Assembly: GCA_013239625.1 (NCBI GenBank)
Contig: MU053881.1
Coordinates: 10,129,957 to 10,193,956, forward strand
Source of the DNA: Lama guanicoe
Lineage: Eukaryota
DNA: 64,000 bases
Direction of reading: 5' to 3'
A program made the position numbers and the translations under genes. This document shows, one piece after another, positions 13,245 through 26,005 of the stretch (positions are counted from its first letter, which is position 1; every line of letters begins with the position of its first letter). The notes under the pieces are model-generated. The model was not told the origin of the DNA, ran no database searches, and saw nothing but the letters and a program-made list of their open reading frames with translations.

Positions 13245-14130
13245 ATTTATTTATTTATTCAATAAACATTTACCAAATATGTGAGGTGTGGCAGGTAGTG
13301 CAGTAGGCTCTGGAGATAACTAGGGGAAAAGGGAGTCGGGGAGAAAAGGCTTCATTCTTGACTTCAAGGAGTTTTTAAGTTAAAGAGGCAGAAAACAAAG
13401 ACACAAAATAATTATAAACAATTGAATGCTGCTATGTAAGGTAAAATATTGAAGCTTAGATATGGAATAATTGGGAGTGGGGAAAATTACTGTGAAGAAA
13501 AAGTTGGTTAAGAAAGATGATCTCCATGAGATGATGGATGTTCATTAAGCTTATGGTGGTCATCATTTCATGACGTATGTAAGTCAAGTCATTATGCTGT
13601 ACACCTCACACACAGACAGTGCTATACGTCAGTTATATCTCAATAAGACTGGAAGTAAAAATTTAATAAATACCTTTTTAAAAATTTTAAAGAAGACGTC
13701 AATGGGGCAGTAACATTTAGGCTGACACCTGCGTGGTGAGAAACAGCCCAGTAAACAATTAGTTTATGGTAAGAGCAGGGAGAGGGGAAACATGACCAAA
13801 GGTTTGGAGGAAGGAAAAAACACTGTGTGCCCGAGGTGAAGACAGAAGGTCTGGGGTGGGATGAGTGAGGGGAAGAGCAGCGTGAAAGGAGGTAAGTGAA
13901 GAAGAGGTGAGCACAGATCTTGTCGAGTCTTGGGGCCATTCAGAAGAGTTCTGAATTTATTCCAAGCGCTACAAGAGCCATTGGACATTTTTATCGAGGA
14001 GCTGCCATAATCACAGTTACTTTTAAGAAAATCCCTGTTGTCTCTAGAGTGGATTGGAGGGAACTAACTCAGTTACAGGGAAAACAGCATGTAGTGAGGG
14101 TATGATTTGGAAGAGAAATTAGAATGGTGA
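13245..14130 (-). mobile_element. L2 LINE fragment interrupted by an L1 3' end
   Basis: catttatttatttattcaataaacatttacc tail; ctgaatttattcc...gagccattgga...ttttaagaaaatccctg typical of reverse L2. Confidence 0.7.
13520..13670 (+). mobile_element. short L1MA-like 3' UTR terminus inserted into L2
   Basis: atgagatgatggatgttcattaagcttatggtggtcatcatttca...atgctgtacacct...ttatatctcaataagactggaa; similar to 46500-46630. Confidence 0.8.
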
Positions 14131-14169
14131 CAGAGCTCAGAGAAGGGAGTAAGAACCAAAGCACTGTGA

Positions 14170-15000
14170 CCACAGTCACCTTTGGCAATGCCAACGGCAT
14201 GACAGGGTGACCGAGTCCGGATGAGGAAGGTATTTTCCGTATGACAACCTGTTTATGATTCTCCAGGGGGAGTACTGTCTACTTATTCTGTCTCCTCCAT
14301 GTGATCTGAATTCCCCAGTCAGATTTTCATATTTATATTTCTTGACAAATATTTGCCCACTTCTCAACAGGAAACACTGAATACATCCAGAAAGATCACG
14401 ACAGCGGCTGGGATGACAGCTTCTGGGTCCTGATTATTTGCTATCGTTCCTTCTGATGCTATCGCCATCAGGTCAAACATGCTGGAAGGATATTGCAGCC
14501 CTCGCCCGGCCACGCCGGAGTACGGGAGTCACCCGCCTTTCCTCGAGATAACAAGGGTAGGCGCTCCCTGCTCAGCGCGGCCCACCGCAGCATTGCAAAT
14601 GGCACCAGCTTAAACGCCTTGTACGACATTGCAGGGGGAAATCTACAGGTTTTTCAGAGCCGAGAAGGAGCACTGTGTATCTGCTCATTATTAAAAAGGA
14701 AGAAGGTGTTTCACAAAATAGGGCCTTGTGGGCTGAAGCTGTCTTTCTTTGTTCCTTGGAACCGCGGAGTGTGGCTTTACATCTCAGGCCAATTATCCTC
14801 CACCATTTTCCCGAAACTGACAAAACCTGTAAAATGAACAATGATCCGAAGACAGCCTACCACACTGCAGTTTACTCCGTACCCTGCATTTGCATCAAAA
14901 TTTGGTGTATCTCTACTTGCAGGGTAGGGGGAGAGTCTCACTCCTGGGACCAAAGATTTCCTAATATGAGAACAACGTAACAAAACAAAAAGCTGCTAAT
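14170..15000. promoter_or_regulatory. CpG-enriched non-repeat segment (weak CpG-island or enhancer-like)
   Basis: dense CpGs (e.g. ctcgcccggccacgccggagtacggg, cagcgcggcccaccgcag, accgcgga) in an otherwise CpG-depleted window. Confidence 0.45.
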
Positions 15001-16189
15001 TCCAGCCGCCTCTCATCTCCCGGCTAGACAGCTCTCCTCAAGAAAGGGGACTCCTCTCAATCCCCAAAATTAGTTGTTGTGTTTTTTTTTTCCCCTGAGA
15101 TACTGGGATTAGCCAGGAGTAAAGCTGCACATCTTGCTACCCTTAAAGAGAGCCCTTGCTCTAGCCTGGGTTTTGAGGAGGCCACCTTAGCTTTCATTGA
15201 GAACCGCTGGAGTCCGATGGGAGAAACAATCCACCGGGGCATGTGGAGTGACTTCCTACAGGCTTACTCTCACAGAAGAGCAAAGAGCCGGAGATAGAAA
15301 TTCATCGTGACTCTCCATCAATAAGGCACTGTGTTCCCTCAGGTTAATGCCGTACGGGCCCCCGGACACCCCAGCAAGCCCAGAGACACTGTCCCGCAGG
15401 CTCCTGTTGGCAGCTCTCCCCATGAGGAAGCCAAGACAGGAAGTGGATGCTAAAAATCAAACTGGGACTGAATAAAGGACAGGGACATTTTCTGATTTTG
15501 TTTTCACTTTCACAACACACGAGATTTACTAAGAATATACCCATAGTAAAAAGAGAAATGATCAGAGGGACGTGGAGTAGAGCCTGCTGAAAAGTGATTT
15601 TCAGATACTCAGTCATGTTCTGCCAGAGAAAACATTGTGTCAAATGTGAATTAAATTTGAACAACAGCCTTTCAAATGCAAATCCCTCAGAAGGGATGTC
15701 ATTGATATACAACCTCTACAAAACCTTTCAAGAGAAGTAAAATGGATAAATGTGATAATTAAGATCTCTATTTATAGGAAAATGATCAGATCACATTTGT
15801 TCTGAAATGATTTTGTGCCTGCAACATGGAGGGCAGCTATAAAGATGTAAGGATCGATTTTGAAATTTGCAGGTTGGAGGTGAAAATGGAATGATACCTT
15901 GTCTGACAGAGGAGAGGACTTTCCTCCAGTTCCCTAAGACCCATCATTATGCAGCCGTAATTGCCAAGGCCCCCGATGACCTCTATTCACTCTTCCCCAT
16001 GCAGTCTTGGGTTCCGCTCGCCCTACAACACCCCCCTCCCCCCAATGGAAAGTGTGAGCTACTCTGGTCTCTGCAGCAGTGTTCTGCCAGACAGCAGTAT
16101 TTATGGGAAGCTGACTGGCCAATTTGAGTATCTAAGAGCAAGCACTGTTTTGCACTGCGTTTTGGGGAAACAGAAAATTCTATGCGGAG

Positions 16190-16590
16190 AGTTTAATAGC
16201 AAGTGATCTCAGCAGACACCACAGAAGCAAGTGAGGATGGCAGGATGGGGGCAGAGGAAGAAGATGACGGACAATGTGGCTGTGACTGAATCCTCAGCCA
16301 ATCCTAAAACAAAGTGGAGGTGGGTGATCCGGAGCTGGGATGTCTCTTCAGAACTGACACAAATTGAAGTAAGTGGGAGGAGGGGGAGAGAGAGAATGAG
16401 AGAGGGAGAGAGAGGAGTGCTTTGTCTTCCTGTATCTGCCCACCTTTGGTTACCGCTGTCTCTGGGAGAGGGTATTCTTGGTAAAGACAACCTCTGAGGT
16501 CAAGGGCCTTTCCCAGTGAGATGTGCAACTGTGATCGCCCAGAAGTTGGGGGATGGGTGAGAGGCTCCAGGTGGTACCACAGTGTCCACT
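16190..16590 (-). mobile_element. ERVL LTR relic (LTR33/LTR41-like)
   Basis: cctcagccaatcc...ggagctgggatgtctcttcagaactgacacaaattga resembles reverse LTR33/LTR41-family sequence. Confidence 0.55.
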
Positions 16591-17699
16591 ACACTTGTAC
16601 ACATGATGGGATGTAAGGACATGCCTCCCCCCAGGATTACCTCTCATCAGCTGGACATTATTACTTCCTTTTTATCAATAAATTGCTCTCAGTAAATGGC
16701 CTTTACTTCAGAAAACACATAAAACTATTCTGTAACATTTATAGGTTACCTAACAATGAATTGCTTTATCACATCCTTTCCAACTACAGTAGTAAGAGCA
16801 TATTTATGGCGAATGAAGAGATGAGACCAGGTTACGGAGGGTGAGAGAAATCCTTGGCTGAGAAACCCTGGGTAGTCGCAGTAGAGAAAGAGTAACCAAG
16901 AACCTAGAAGAGCCTCATATCACAGGTGACACTGGACAACAAGAGGATGATGAGAAGAGAAGAAACACTGGCTACTCAGATTTGCCCATGGTCAGTGCTA
17001 TGCCTCGATGGCACGGTAATGGGAAGGAGGGTGAAGAGACAAAAAAGCAGTAGGCTGTTGTAAAGACAGATTCATTCTTTCTTCTGACTGAGTTTTTACA
17101 GCAATACTCTTATTATAAGCATCTATTCTAGGAGTGGAAAAGTCCGGCAACATGGAAGACAGAATACCCCATGGGTGACAGTGTTGTTACACCACGTCTT
17201 GAGTGTTCTGTGGTCCTACAGTTGGTTTCCTAACCTCAATCATCTGTAAGCCCTTCTAGTTTTTGTTTCTTAACCAGACATTTATGTGTATCATTTGTAC
17301 CTCTATTCATAATCCCATTTTCTTTGATCAAATAGTAGCTAAAATCTGGGAAAACTGCCTTGAAGGGCATTTAAGGCACACTCTTCTGTGCCATTTGGCT
17401 GAACTCGCCTAAATTGCTCATGATATTTTTCTGGCCAGATTTGTTCATGAAGCGGCCAAACATTCCAAGGACCGTTTTGCTCTTGCAAGATTCCTTTCAG
17501 CTGGTTCTCTGCATTGATGAGGTTCAGAGGGTTTAGAAAACTATCTGAACTCTTGGGATTTTATTTGAACTAAAACCCAAACTTTGAACCCTTTATGGTT
17601 TGACACATCACAAGTAAATGTGTCTCCTGCCTTGATATTATCCCCTCTGGTTCCCTCCTGACTCTTTGTCCCTTGAATAAAACTGAACAGTTAGTTGGA

Positions 17700-18165
17700 G
17701 ATCAAAACTTGATCCAAGGGTCATCTCCAATTGACGACCTTCTCTCTCCAACAACCACTTTAATTAAAGACCACATCTATGAGCAACCACTTTTCCATGG
17801 GCCCTTGGATGTGTTCTCAAGACAGATTTTTCTGTAACCCAGCAGCTGTATCCCCCTTGCTCTGAAGAGGAGCAAGTCCCAGTGGATCACAGATCTTAAC
17901 CCCATGACAGGCCAACCTATTTATGCTGGCTACTAATAATGACTTGTGTTTATAATGGCACTATTCATCCCAGAGGCTGGCTCCCAGCACTCCACTGACC
18001 ACATGTGTGCTCTTTGTAATGGCCATGTGTCTCTATACACCCACATATCACAACTGCACAAAGGTCTTGACTGCTGTGGCTTTAATCAGCCCTTTCTTCC
18101 TTTTGCTTAGCTTCAGGGTCTGATCCCTGGGATTAGGGGAACGAGTGCACCCTCCTCTTTGTCAC
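17700..18165 (+). mobile_element. possible old ERVL LTR relic
   Basis: U5-like end tttgcttagcttcagggtctgatccctggg...gagtgcaccctcctctttgtca ending in TGTCA; family not resolved. Confidence 0.35.
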
Positions 18166-19029
18166 TGGGAAAAAAAAAAAAAGAATTGAACAATTGGGAG
18201 TCTAGCTCCTGATTCACTTTGCTGCTTATTAGAGTCTGTGTACATCAGCCGTGATGCTGCAAAGGCAGTTGAGAGAAACCTTGTGCAATACATATTTAAT
18301 AGTGGGAACTCTCTTCCCATTTTATCTTTTCCCCTTTTCTCCTTCCATTTAATGAACCAATTATTCTGACAAGGAGGAGAATGCTCCCTTCCTAGCTCCC
18401 TCTCACTTTGAGCCTTTATTCCCTGCTTCTCTAAAGTGCTGCCTAATTTGGCATCAGACCCTATTGTAGGTTATTTTTACATTCACCATGAATTGTGTAA
18501 GATTGTTTCAGCACTTTGAAATTCTTCTTTTAAAGCAGAAGGAATTATTTTATCGCCATGTGAGTGACAGATAAGATGTGATGGTAAGAGAATGTCCAAA
18601 TCTGCATATGAACTCACCTGCCTTCATTTTACCTAACAAGATTACTGTTTGTTTTCTATAACAGATTAAACACAAAGGAAAACACCTAGACTATACATGT
18701 ATGGATTTCCATTTCTGTTTTTGTTGAAATGCTTAAAATGCAGCGAATCTTTATTTACATGCGTAGAAATCTGCAGAATTACTACTGATCACCGAATATT
18801 TTAAGGATACAGACGGAAGAAGATTTCAATGGTGCTGTCTACATTATTTTTCTTCAGGCACTGGATCCTCTCTATTGGGTAGATACCTTGATTACTGATC
18901 TATTTTGGAGAGTGTAACCTGAATCAGATGATGGTTGCTCTTTGTCAATATATAGTTTTAAAGTGTTTGGTTTGTTCTCTAAATCAGCTGAACTGAATGA
19001 CACTGGTATAGTACCTTTAATCAGAGGAC

Positions 19030-19190
19030 CTGTGATCAGTTCAATTTTTAATCAGTAATGAGTGCCAAGCGCTCTGATGGGTCACAGTTTCAATAACATG
19101 AACAAGAAACAGCCTCTTCCCTCAAGAGGCTTCTGGACCACTGGGGAGAAAGGCTTTCTGAACTCACAAATGTCATGAGAGAAACAGGGA
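19030..19190 (-). mobile_element. L2 fragment
   Basis: taatgagtgccaagcgctctg...atgaacaagaaacagcctcttccctcaagaggctt. Confidence 0.5.
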
Positions 19191-19199
19191 TGACACACC

Positions 19200-19760
19200 T
19201 GCTATTTTTGTAGTCTCAATAGCTCTTCTTTTGATAACAACACTCAGATTTACTTTTAAAGACTCACAGGATCCTCCAATGCCAAACTATGTAGCTAGGG
19301 AGGAGCTGACTCTGCCTGCTTCTTCTAAGAGTCAGTATGTGTCCCCGTCCTGGCCAACTGGATCATTCCATTCTCCTCGTCACAAGAATGGATAAATATT
19401 ATGAAAACCAATCAGTGTTTCCTGGGAATTATTCTAGAGCCAGAGAGAAACAGCATGCCCTTTATACCAAGTTTGCTAGTCTAATAGAAGATAAATCTGA
19501 AGTTCTTGGTGCCCACATTTGGAAATTAAACCAACATGGCAAAGACAAAGTTAAGAGCTAGAGAGAATCCTATTGAGATCTCTTGAATGTTTGGATCTAG
19601 CTATAACTAAACCATAAAGTCTATGAACATTTATTAGGGCAGTTAATGCCTGTTTTTATATAGGCATGTTTGTTTACATGTCTGTCTGTATGTATGTGCT
19701 TTATTTTATGTAGTTTGAACTGAAACTCATAGACTACAAACAAAAATTTCTAAAAGCGTG
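19200..19760 (+). mobile_element. MaLR solo LTR (MLT1J/K/L-like)
   Basis: ggagctgactc...cctggccaa...ccaatcagtgtttcctgggaatt...ttggatctagctata. Confidence 0.6.
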
Positions 19761-20499
19761 CACTGAAAGAGAAGGCACTAAAAGATTTCTGGAAGAGATT
19801 TCAGATGAAATGTTTATAACCTACCAAAAGACACTTGGAGATGTTGATTTCATTTAAGTCTAGAGATCAAGCTTTAAAAACCAAAAATCTAAGAACCAGT
19901 TTTACCATGAGTTCAAGTTTAAACTAAAGATCATATAAATTTTTTTTGTTGGAAAATGTGTATGCGATGTTCCTGTTCATGGATGCCTGCTTCCTATTTA
20001 TTGAGTTCTTAGTCATTAAATAACCTTATACATAAGTAAGAATTTGATGAGCTCAGAGCTGCTAAGTTACCTTTGGCAGAGACAAGAATAACTTTCTGAA
20101 TTCATTCTGTGGCTCCAACAGCCAGCGCTGATACCCTATCCAAGAAGGTAAGTAAACCTTTGCTCTGAAAATTCATTATGCCAATTGACTATATTTTGAT
20201 TATATTGATTGATCATAATTGATAGGTATAATTGATTATATTGCCAATAAACTTGTGAATTAATGCTTCAGGGTAGCATATGGATTAAGTGACATTTCAT
20301 GATCTCTTCTATCTCTACAAATCTTATGGGTCTATAAGACTCTCTTCCTTTTCCCACAACATTCTAACTAATGTTAACACATGACCAGTCAGTTCTGAAT
20401 TTAGGTAAGTCAGGGGGTTCCTGTTATTCCAAAATTGTTAATTTTCTTCCTGTTATGTTGCATGTGCTTCTCCATCAGAAATACAGAATGAAGAATAAA

Positions 20500-21039
20500 A
20501 TTGGAAAGTGCAATGAGCCCTTAAAATGGACCTCTCATTTTCCACTACACATTCTCTTGAACCTGTCTCTTGCTTCCCAGTGTCCAGCTGAGCACACTTT
20601 GACCATCTGGGGCAGGTGCTTTGCCCTGAGCTCACATCGCTATTCCTCTTGCTTCTTGTCCTGGGGCTCCTCTGAACACAAAGTGATCTGCCCATGGGAA
20701 CCAACTCAGTGTTCACGCTCGTGCAAACAGAAAGTGTAGGGAACTCGACAATGAGACACAAATATAGGTGAACACATGCTTCCCCCTTCCTGCCTCAGGT
20801 GGATCGTTCTGAGAAGCAGTTTGTATGGCTGTTCAGAAGGTCAGAGGGGAGATTAAATTCTATCCCCATAGCCAGTGACCTCTCTGGTCAAGCTGACAAG
20901 CATCCTAGTATGTTGTTTGTTTCTTTCTGTGTTCCAGCACCCTATTCTTCACTTCTGTCTTCCTTCCAAATAAACTACCTACACATAAACCTTTGTCTTA
21001 TGTTCTGCTTTGGAAGATGGGGAGAACCCAGGCTAAGCA
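20500..21039 (+). mobile_element. ERVL solo LTR (LTR16-like)
   Basis: 3' end ccaaataaactacctacacataaacctttgtct...ctgctttgg...gaacccaggctaagca; internal ttctgagaagcagtttgtatggct. Confidence 0.75.
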
Positions 21040-21574
21040 GTACTAACAATATTCTTTCCCCTTAGAAGGCGTCTAAAGACACCAGTATCCTCATGTCCGG
21101 TTTCTAACCGACAGCATTCTTATAACTACTCTGCCACGCTGCAATCAATAAATGCTAAACAAAAGAAAGAAACTGGGAGAGAAATATGAGCATATGAAAC
21201 CCTATTTCAACAACAATAACAATAAGGACTTTAATTTTAAAATGTTACTGGTGATGCAGACCTGGTTCCAACTAAAAACACTGCAAGAATGATCTTCTAC
21301 ACTCATTTCACAAAGAACCTACAATTCATCGAATCTTAGAAGTCATATCCATACTGGTCAACATTTGTATGTATCTTTGAAAGATGACTTTCACTTCTTT
21401 TCGAACACTCTAAGTGACCTACTGATTATTGTTAGGTTCTACAATGTAAAAAAACATATGGAGAAATGAATAAGAGTGTCATTTACTGACACAACATCCC
21501 TAGAGAAAAAAAAAATTGGCTTTGGGGACCTTGCATAAGATCATATTTTAAACATGACATCAGGGGTTCTGTTG

Positions 21575-21785
21575 TTAGACTTCCTTTGAATCTCTTTAAT
21601 TCCTACTAGCTTTGTTAACCTGGACAAGATAGGCAACTTCTCCAAGCTTCAGATATCCCTTCTGAGAAAGGATGACAACAAAACCTACTTTGTGGCGTTC
21701 TAGAGTATTCTAAATGAGAATATTTTGGGAAAACATTTAAACTATGTCCGACACACAGTACGCCCTAAAGAAATGTGAGATACTT
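21575..21785 (+). mobile_element. MIR SINE
   Basis: tactagctttgttaacctggacaag...aaacctact...taaatgagaat...gacacacagtacgccct. Confidence 0.7.
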
Positions 21786-22269
21786 TCCAAGCCAGAATAG
21801 GGATCAATTTTACAGTCAGAAGAGTAATTATCAACCGTGTTTTTGCAAAATGGAATAAGGAAGGAAAAACAAGATAAAAGATGTCAGAGAACTTTCCTGG
21901 GCCGCTGAAATGGTGGTGTCTAAGTAAAGTGAATTTGGGTACTTCAGATAACTCAAATTCATTTCTTTAACTCATCTAATATAAGTATTATATTGCTGAG
22001 ATAGATAGATTTTAATCCCAGATTCCCTGAATATGTTATTTTACCTTCCTTTGCATTTCATATGTATAATCTGAGAATTATTTTTCAAAACTAGTTTTCA
22101 AAATTGGTTTGTAAAAATGTTTTATAGAGAGAGGCACATATCTGTCTCTTACTAGACAACATAACCAATTGGTTTGAAATTTTAGCTAACAGAAATCAAA
22201 TTGAAGTTAATAAGTGGACAAAGAAAAATATTTAAATCATAGTAGACAAAACTCTGGCCTGGCTGTTGC

Positions 22270-22450
22270 AGTAGAGGATTCAGTGGCTATTCTAAAGCCT
22301 GCCATTAATAATATGCATAGCCTTTATCAGCTCACTTGATTCCTCTAGGGTTCAATTTCCCCTAGATCAGATCTGTCTGAAACAAATGGGATGGGCTTGA
22401 TCATCTCTGAGGACCTTTCTTTCCAGTTCTAAAATGTCGTGATTCTGTAA
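22270..22450 (+). mobile_element. MIR3-like SINE 3' part
   Basis: gatcatctctgaggacctttcttccagttctaaaatgtcgtgattct, the MIR3/L3-shared tail. Confidence 0.6.
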
Positions 22451-24199
22451 TTTTAAATTCCCTTTTTATGGGAGAGATCAAAGCATAAATAGACTAGTAA
22501 ACTTTTTTTTTTTTGCACTAAGAATGAAGCAAAATCATTTGTTCCTGACCTTGATCTTGACATAAATTCCATCAGAGAAATCACAAAAAGTCAGAAGTCC
22601 GGTTCACTAGAAGGCATATGGTGTTTCTTTTGAAAAAGACACATGACATTTACTTTGGGTTTTCTGAAGCTGTAATAACATCAAAATCTGTAGTAGAACT
22701 TCACTAATGAAACTTCAGGGTTGAGAGAGGAGGAAAGAAGCCAGACAAGAAAGGTTTGTAATTAGCATATCAATTATCTGTATGTAGGTAAATAGGTACT
22801 CCTGAAGAAATTTAAGGAGCTTAAAAATGAAGATCTCTAGAAACACTTCAAGGACTTCCTTGCTTCTGGTGTATATCCTTAATCCATACTCACTTTGAAG
22901 AAAAAGACTACTGCTTAAAGACAAAGGGTTCTTCAAATCCTTCTCAATTTTTTTATTTCGATTTTGTGGACATATAAACACATGGGTTTGGGCTAGTCTT
23001 AAAATATTGGTCAATGATAAGTTCATAATTCAATAAAGGGAGCAAAACTGGGGAAAGGATTCTTGTGCTTTGGGTAAATACCAAAGGAGGACTTTTACTT
23101 TTTATTCTAAGAAGAACAACAATGAAAAATCCATCTTTACAGTAACAGGAAGAGAAGTAATAAAATATGAGATGGCCACACCATCACAGATGGAAAAATT
23201 ATTCAACAGATTTAGGCAACTTCTCCACAAATCTCTGGATCAGGTTTCTAATTATTATCTGTCTGATTTTATCTGAAGTAACTCTCAGAAGTTGTCTAAA
23301 TCTCTTACAGAATAATGGCAAACGAACTTGGAGGTTACAGAATGAACAAATGCCACCTATTATTTGATTAATTGGACAAATTAAACTCATAAGTAAGTGG
23401 AAAGACCTTCCAAACTCTCATATCCCTACCTCAGAAGATGAGTTCTAGTATCATAATGGGGACAATAATTAATAGGAAATGACTTAAGCACATTTTGATG
23501 AATTAAGAGTAACGTTTTTATAACGCCCTGGTTATTTTATGGTATCATGGAAAATTAAAGATAATTATAACATGCCAATGCTTTTTTTTATGTTGCGCAA
23601 AGGAAGTTATCTATCTGCAGTATGGAAAGGAGGTATGATATGATTATCAACAAGTCTCACAGTTTAAACCTCTAATCTTCATATATCATCATACAAGTAG
23701 AAATGCCTTTAAATAAACCTGTTTCAATTTAAGAGCATATCATAACTTGCAATCAGCATTTCTTTAATAAAATGGAAATAAACACCTTGAAGGCAATGGG
23801 TATTTCGTACAGAACCCAAAAATAGAATTTGCATTGAACTAGAAATTGGTCCTTGCTTCACCACAGTAATCTGAACTAAAGATTACATTCCTACGCTCAC
23901 AGCTATCAGATGTGAGTTTCAGGCAATGAAAACATTTAAGAAGCACAATGTGGAGGAGATTCTATAATGTTAAAAATGTCAAGTTCCAGTGTAACAAAAT
24001 ACAGGAATCCATGGGCTTAGCAGTGTTAGTGTGGGCTCTCACCAAACGGACTATGATAATAAGGGTAAACCCCTCCCCCCACAAAATTAAAAAATTAAAA
24101 ATTAAAAAAATGGAGGAGATCAAGGAATCTCATTGTACTTGGCACTTCATATCTCAAGTAACTTGTGGCATTACTGAGCTTAAGAGAAAAGTGGCTTAT

Positions 24200-26005
24200 T
24201 ATAAATGGATGGTGAACTTTATCAAACCCTTTTTCTGCATACTGAGATGATCATATGTTTTTTGTTCTTCAATTTGTTAATGTAGTGTATCACACTGATT
24301 TGTGCGAGGATATTGAAGAATCCTACATACCTGGAATACATCCCACTGGATTTGGTTTGCTAGTATTTTGTTGAGGATTTTTGCATCTAAGTTCATCAGT
24401 TTTTTTCGCCTTTTTTTCTTTTTTTCTTTTTTCTTTTTTTGTAGTATCTTTGCTTTTGTTACCAGAGTGATGGTGGCCTCATACAATGAGTTTGGAAATG
24501 TCCCTTCCTTTGCAATTTTTTGGAATAGTTTGAGAAGGATAGGTGTTAAGTCTTCTCTCAATATTTGGGAGAATGCACCTGTGAAGTCATCTGGTCCTGG
24601 GTTTTTGTTTGTTGGGAGCTTTTAAATGACTGATTCAAAGTCATTTCTGGTAATTGGTCTGTTCACATTTTCTACTTCTTTCTGGTTCAGTCTTGAGAGA
24701 TTGTGTCTTCCTAAGAATTTGTCTCTTTCTTCTAGGTTGTCCATTTTACTAGTATATTGTTGTCATAGTAATCTCTTATGATCTTTTCTATTTCTGTGGT
24801 GTCAATTGTAATTTATCCTTTTTCATTTCTAATTTTATTGATTGTGAGCCCTCTTTTTTTTTTTCTTGATGAATCTGGCTAAAGGTTTATTGATTTTGTT
24901 TATCTTTTCAAAGAATCAGCTTTTACTTTCATTGATTTTTTTTTATTGGTTTTTAGTCTCTGCTTCACTTATTTCTGCTCTGATCTTTATCATTTCTTTC
25001 TTCTACTAACTTTAGGTTTTGCTTGTTCTTCTTTCTCTAGTTGCTTCAGCTGTAAGGCTAGGTTGTTTATTTGAGATTTTTCTTGTTTTCTGAGGTAAGC
25101 TTGTACTCTTATAAAAGTCCCTCTTAGAATTGCTTTTGCTGCATTCTATGGCTGTGGGTCATCGTGTTTTTGTTTTCATTTGCCTCCAGCTATTTTTTAA
25201 TTTCCACTCTGATTTCTTCAGTGATCCACTAGTTGTTTAGTAGCATATTGTTTAGCCTCTGTGTGTTTGTGTTTTATGTGTTTTTTTTTCTTGTAGTTGA
25301 TTTCTAGTCTCATAGCATTGTGATCAGAAAAAAAAATGCTTGATATGTTTTCCATGTTATTAAATTTACCAAGGATTGTTTTGTGCCTTAGCATGTGAGA
25401 ATAGGATGTGTACTTGAAAAGAATGTGTATCCTGCTGCTTTTGGATAGAATGTTCTCTCTCTGTTTATCTATTAAGTCCATTTGGTCTATTTTGTCATTT
25501 AAGATTTGTATTTCCTTATTGATTTTCTGTACAGATGTTCAGTCCATTGACGTAAGTGGGGATGTTAAAGTCCTCTGCTGTTATTGTGTTACTGTCAATT
25601 TCTCCTCGTATGTCTGTTAATATCTACTTTATACATTTAGGTGCTCCTACATTGGGTACATATATATTTATGATAGTTGTATCTGTTACATCTTGGATTG
25701 ATTCCTTGAGTATTATGTAGTGTCCTTCTTTGTCTCTCGTAACAGTCTTTATTCTAAAGTCTATTTTGTCTGATATAAGTATTGCTACTCTGGATTTTTT
25801 TAATCTCCATTTGCATGGAATAACTTTTTGCCATCCCCTCACTTTCAGTCTGTATGTGTCACTAGATCTGAAGTGAGTCCCTTATAGGCAGCACATATAG
25901 GGGTCTTGTTTTTTGTATCCATTCAGTCACCCTACATCTTTTTGTTGGTGCATTAAGTCCATTTACATTTAAGGTAATTATCCATGTGTATATTCTTATT
26001 GCCAT
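24200..26005 (-). mobile_element. inverted 5' segment of a twin-primed LINE-1 (ORF2 start through endonuclease to early RT)
   Basis: minus-strand peptides [60 protein letters not shown]...[25 protein letters not shown]. Confidence 0.95.

Noticed and set aside
12800..13246. Longest listed ORF (148 aa, minus) as a gene
   Set aside because: No recognisable domain; it crosses a G/T homopolymer run and starts at an L2 tail; the length is plausible by chance in locally GC-richer DNA
14493..14983. Cluster of overlapping 68-114 aa ORFs on both strands
   Set aside because: Open frames on both strands reflect higher GC and fewer stops; most have non-ATG starts and no known similarity
23143..23243. 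Plus-strand exon candidate encoding TGREVIKYEMATPSQMEKLFNRFRQLLHKSLDQ
   Set aside because: Donor (CAG|GTTTCT) is weak and the peptide is unrecognised; not enough support
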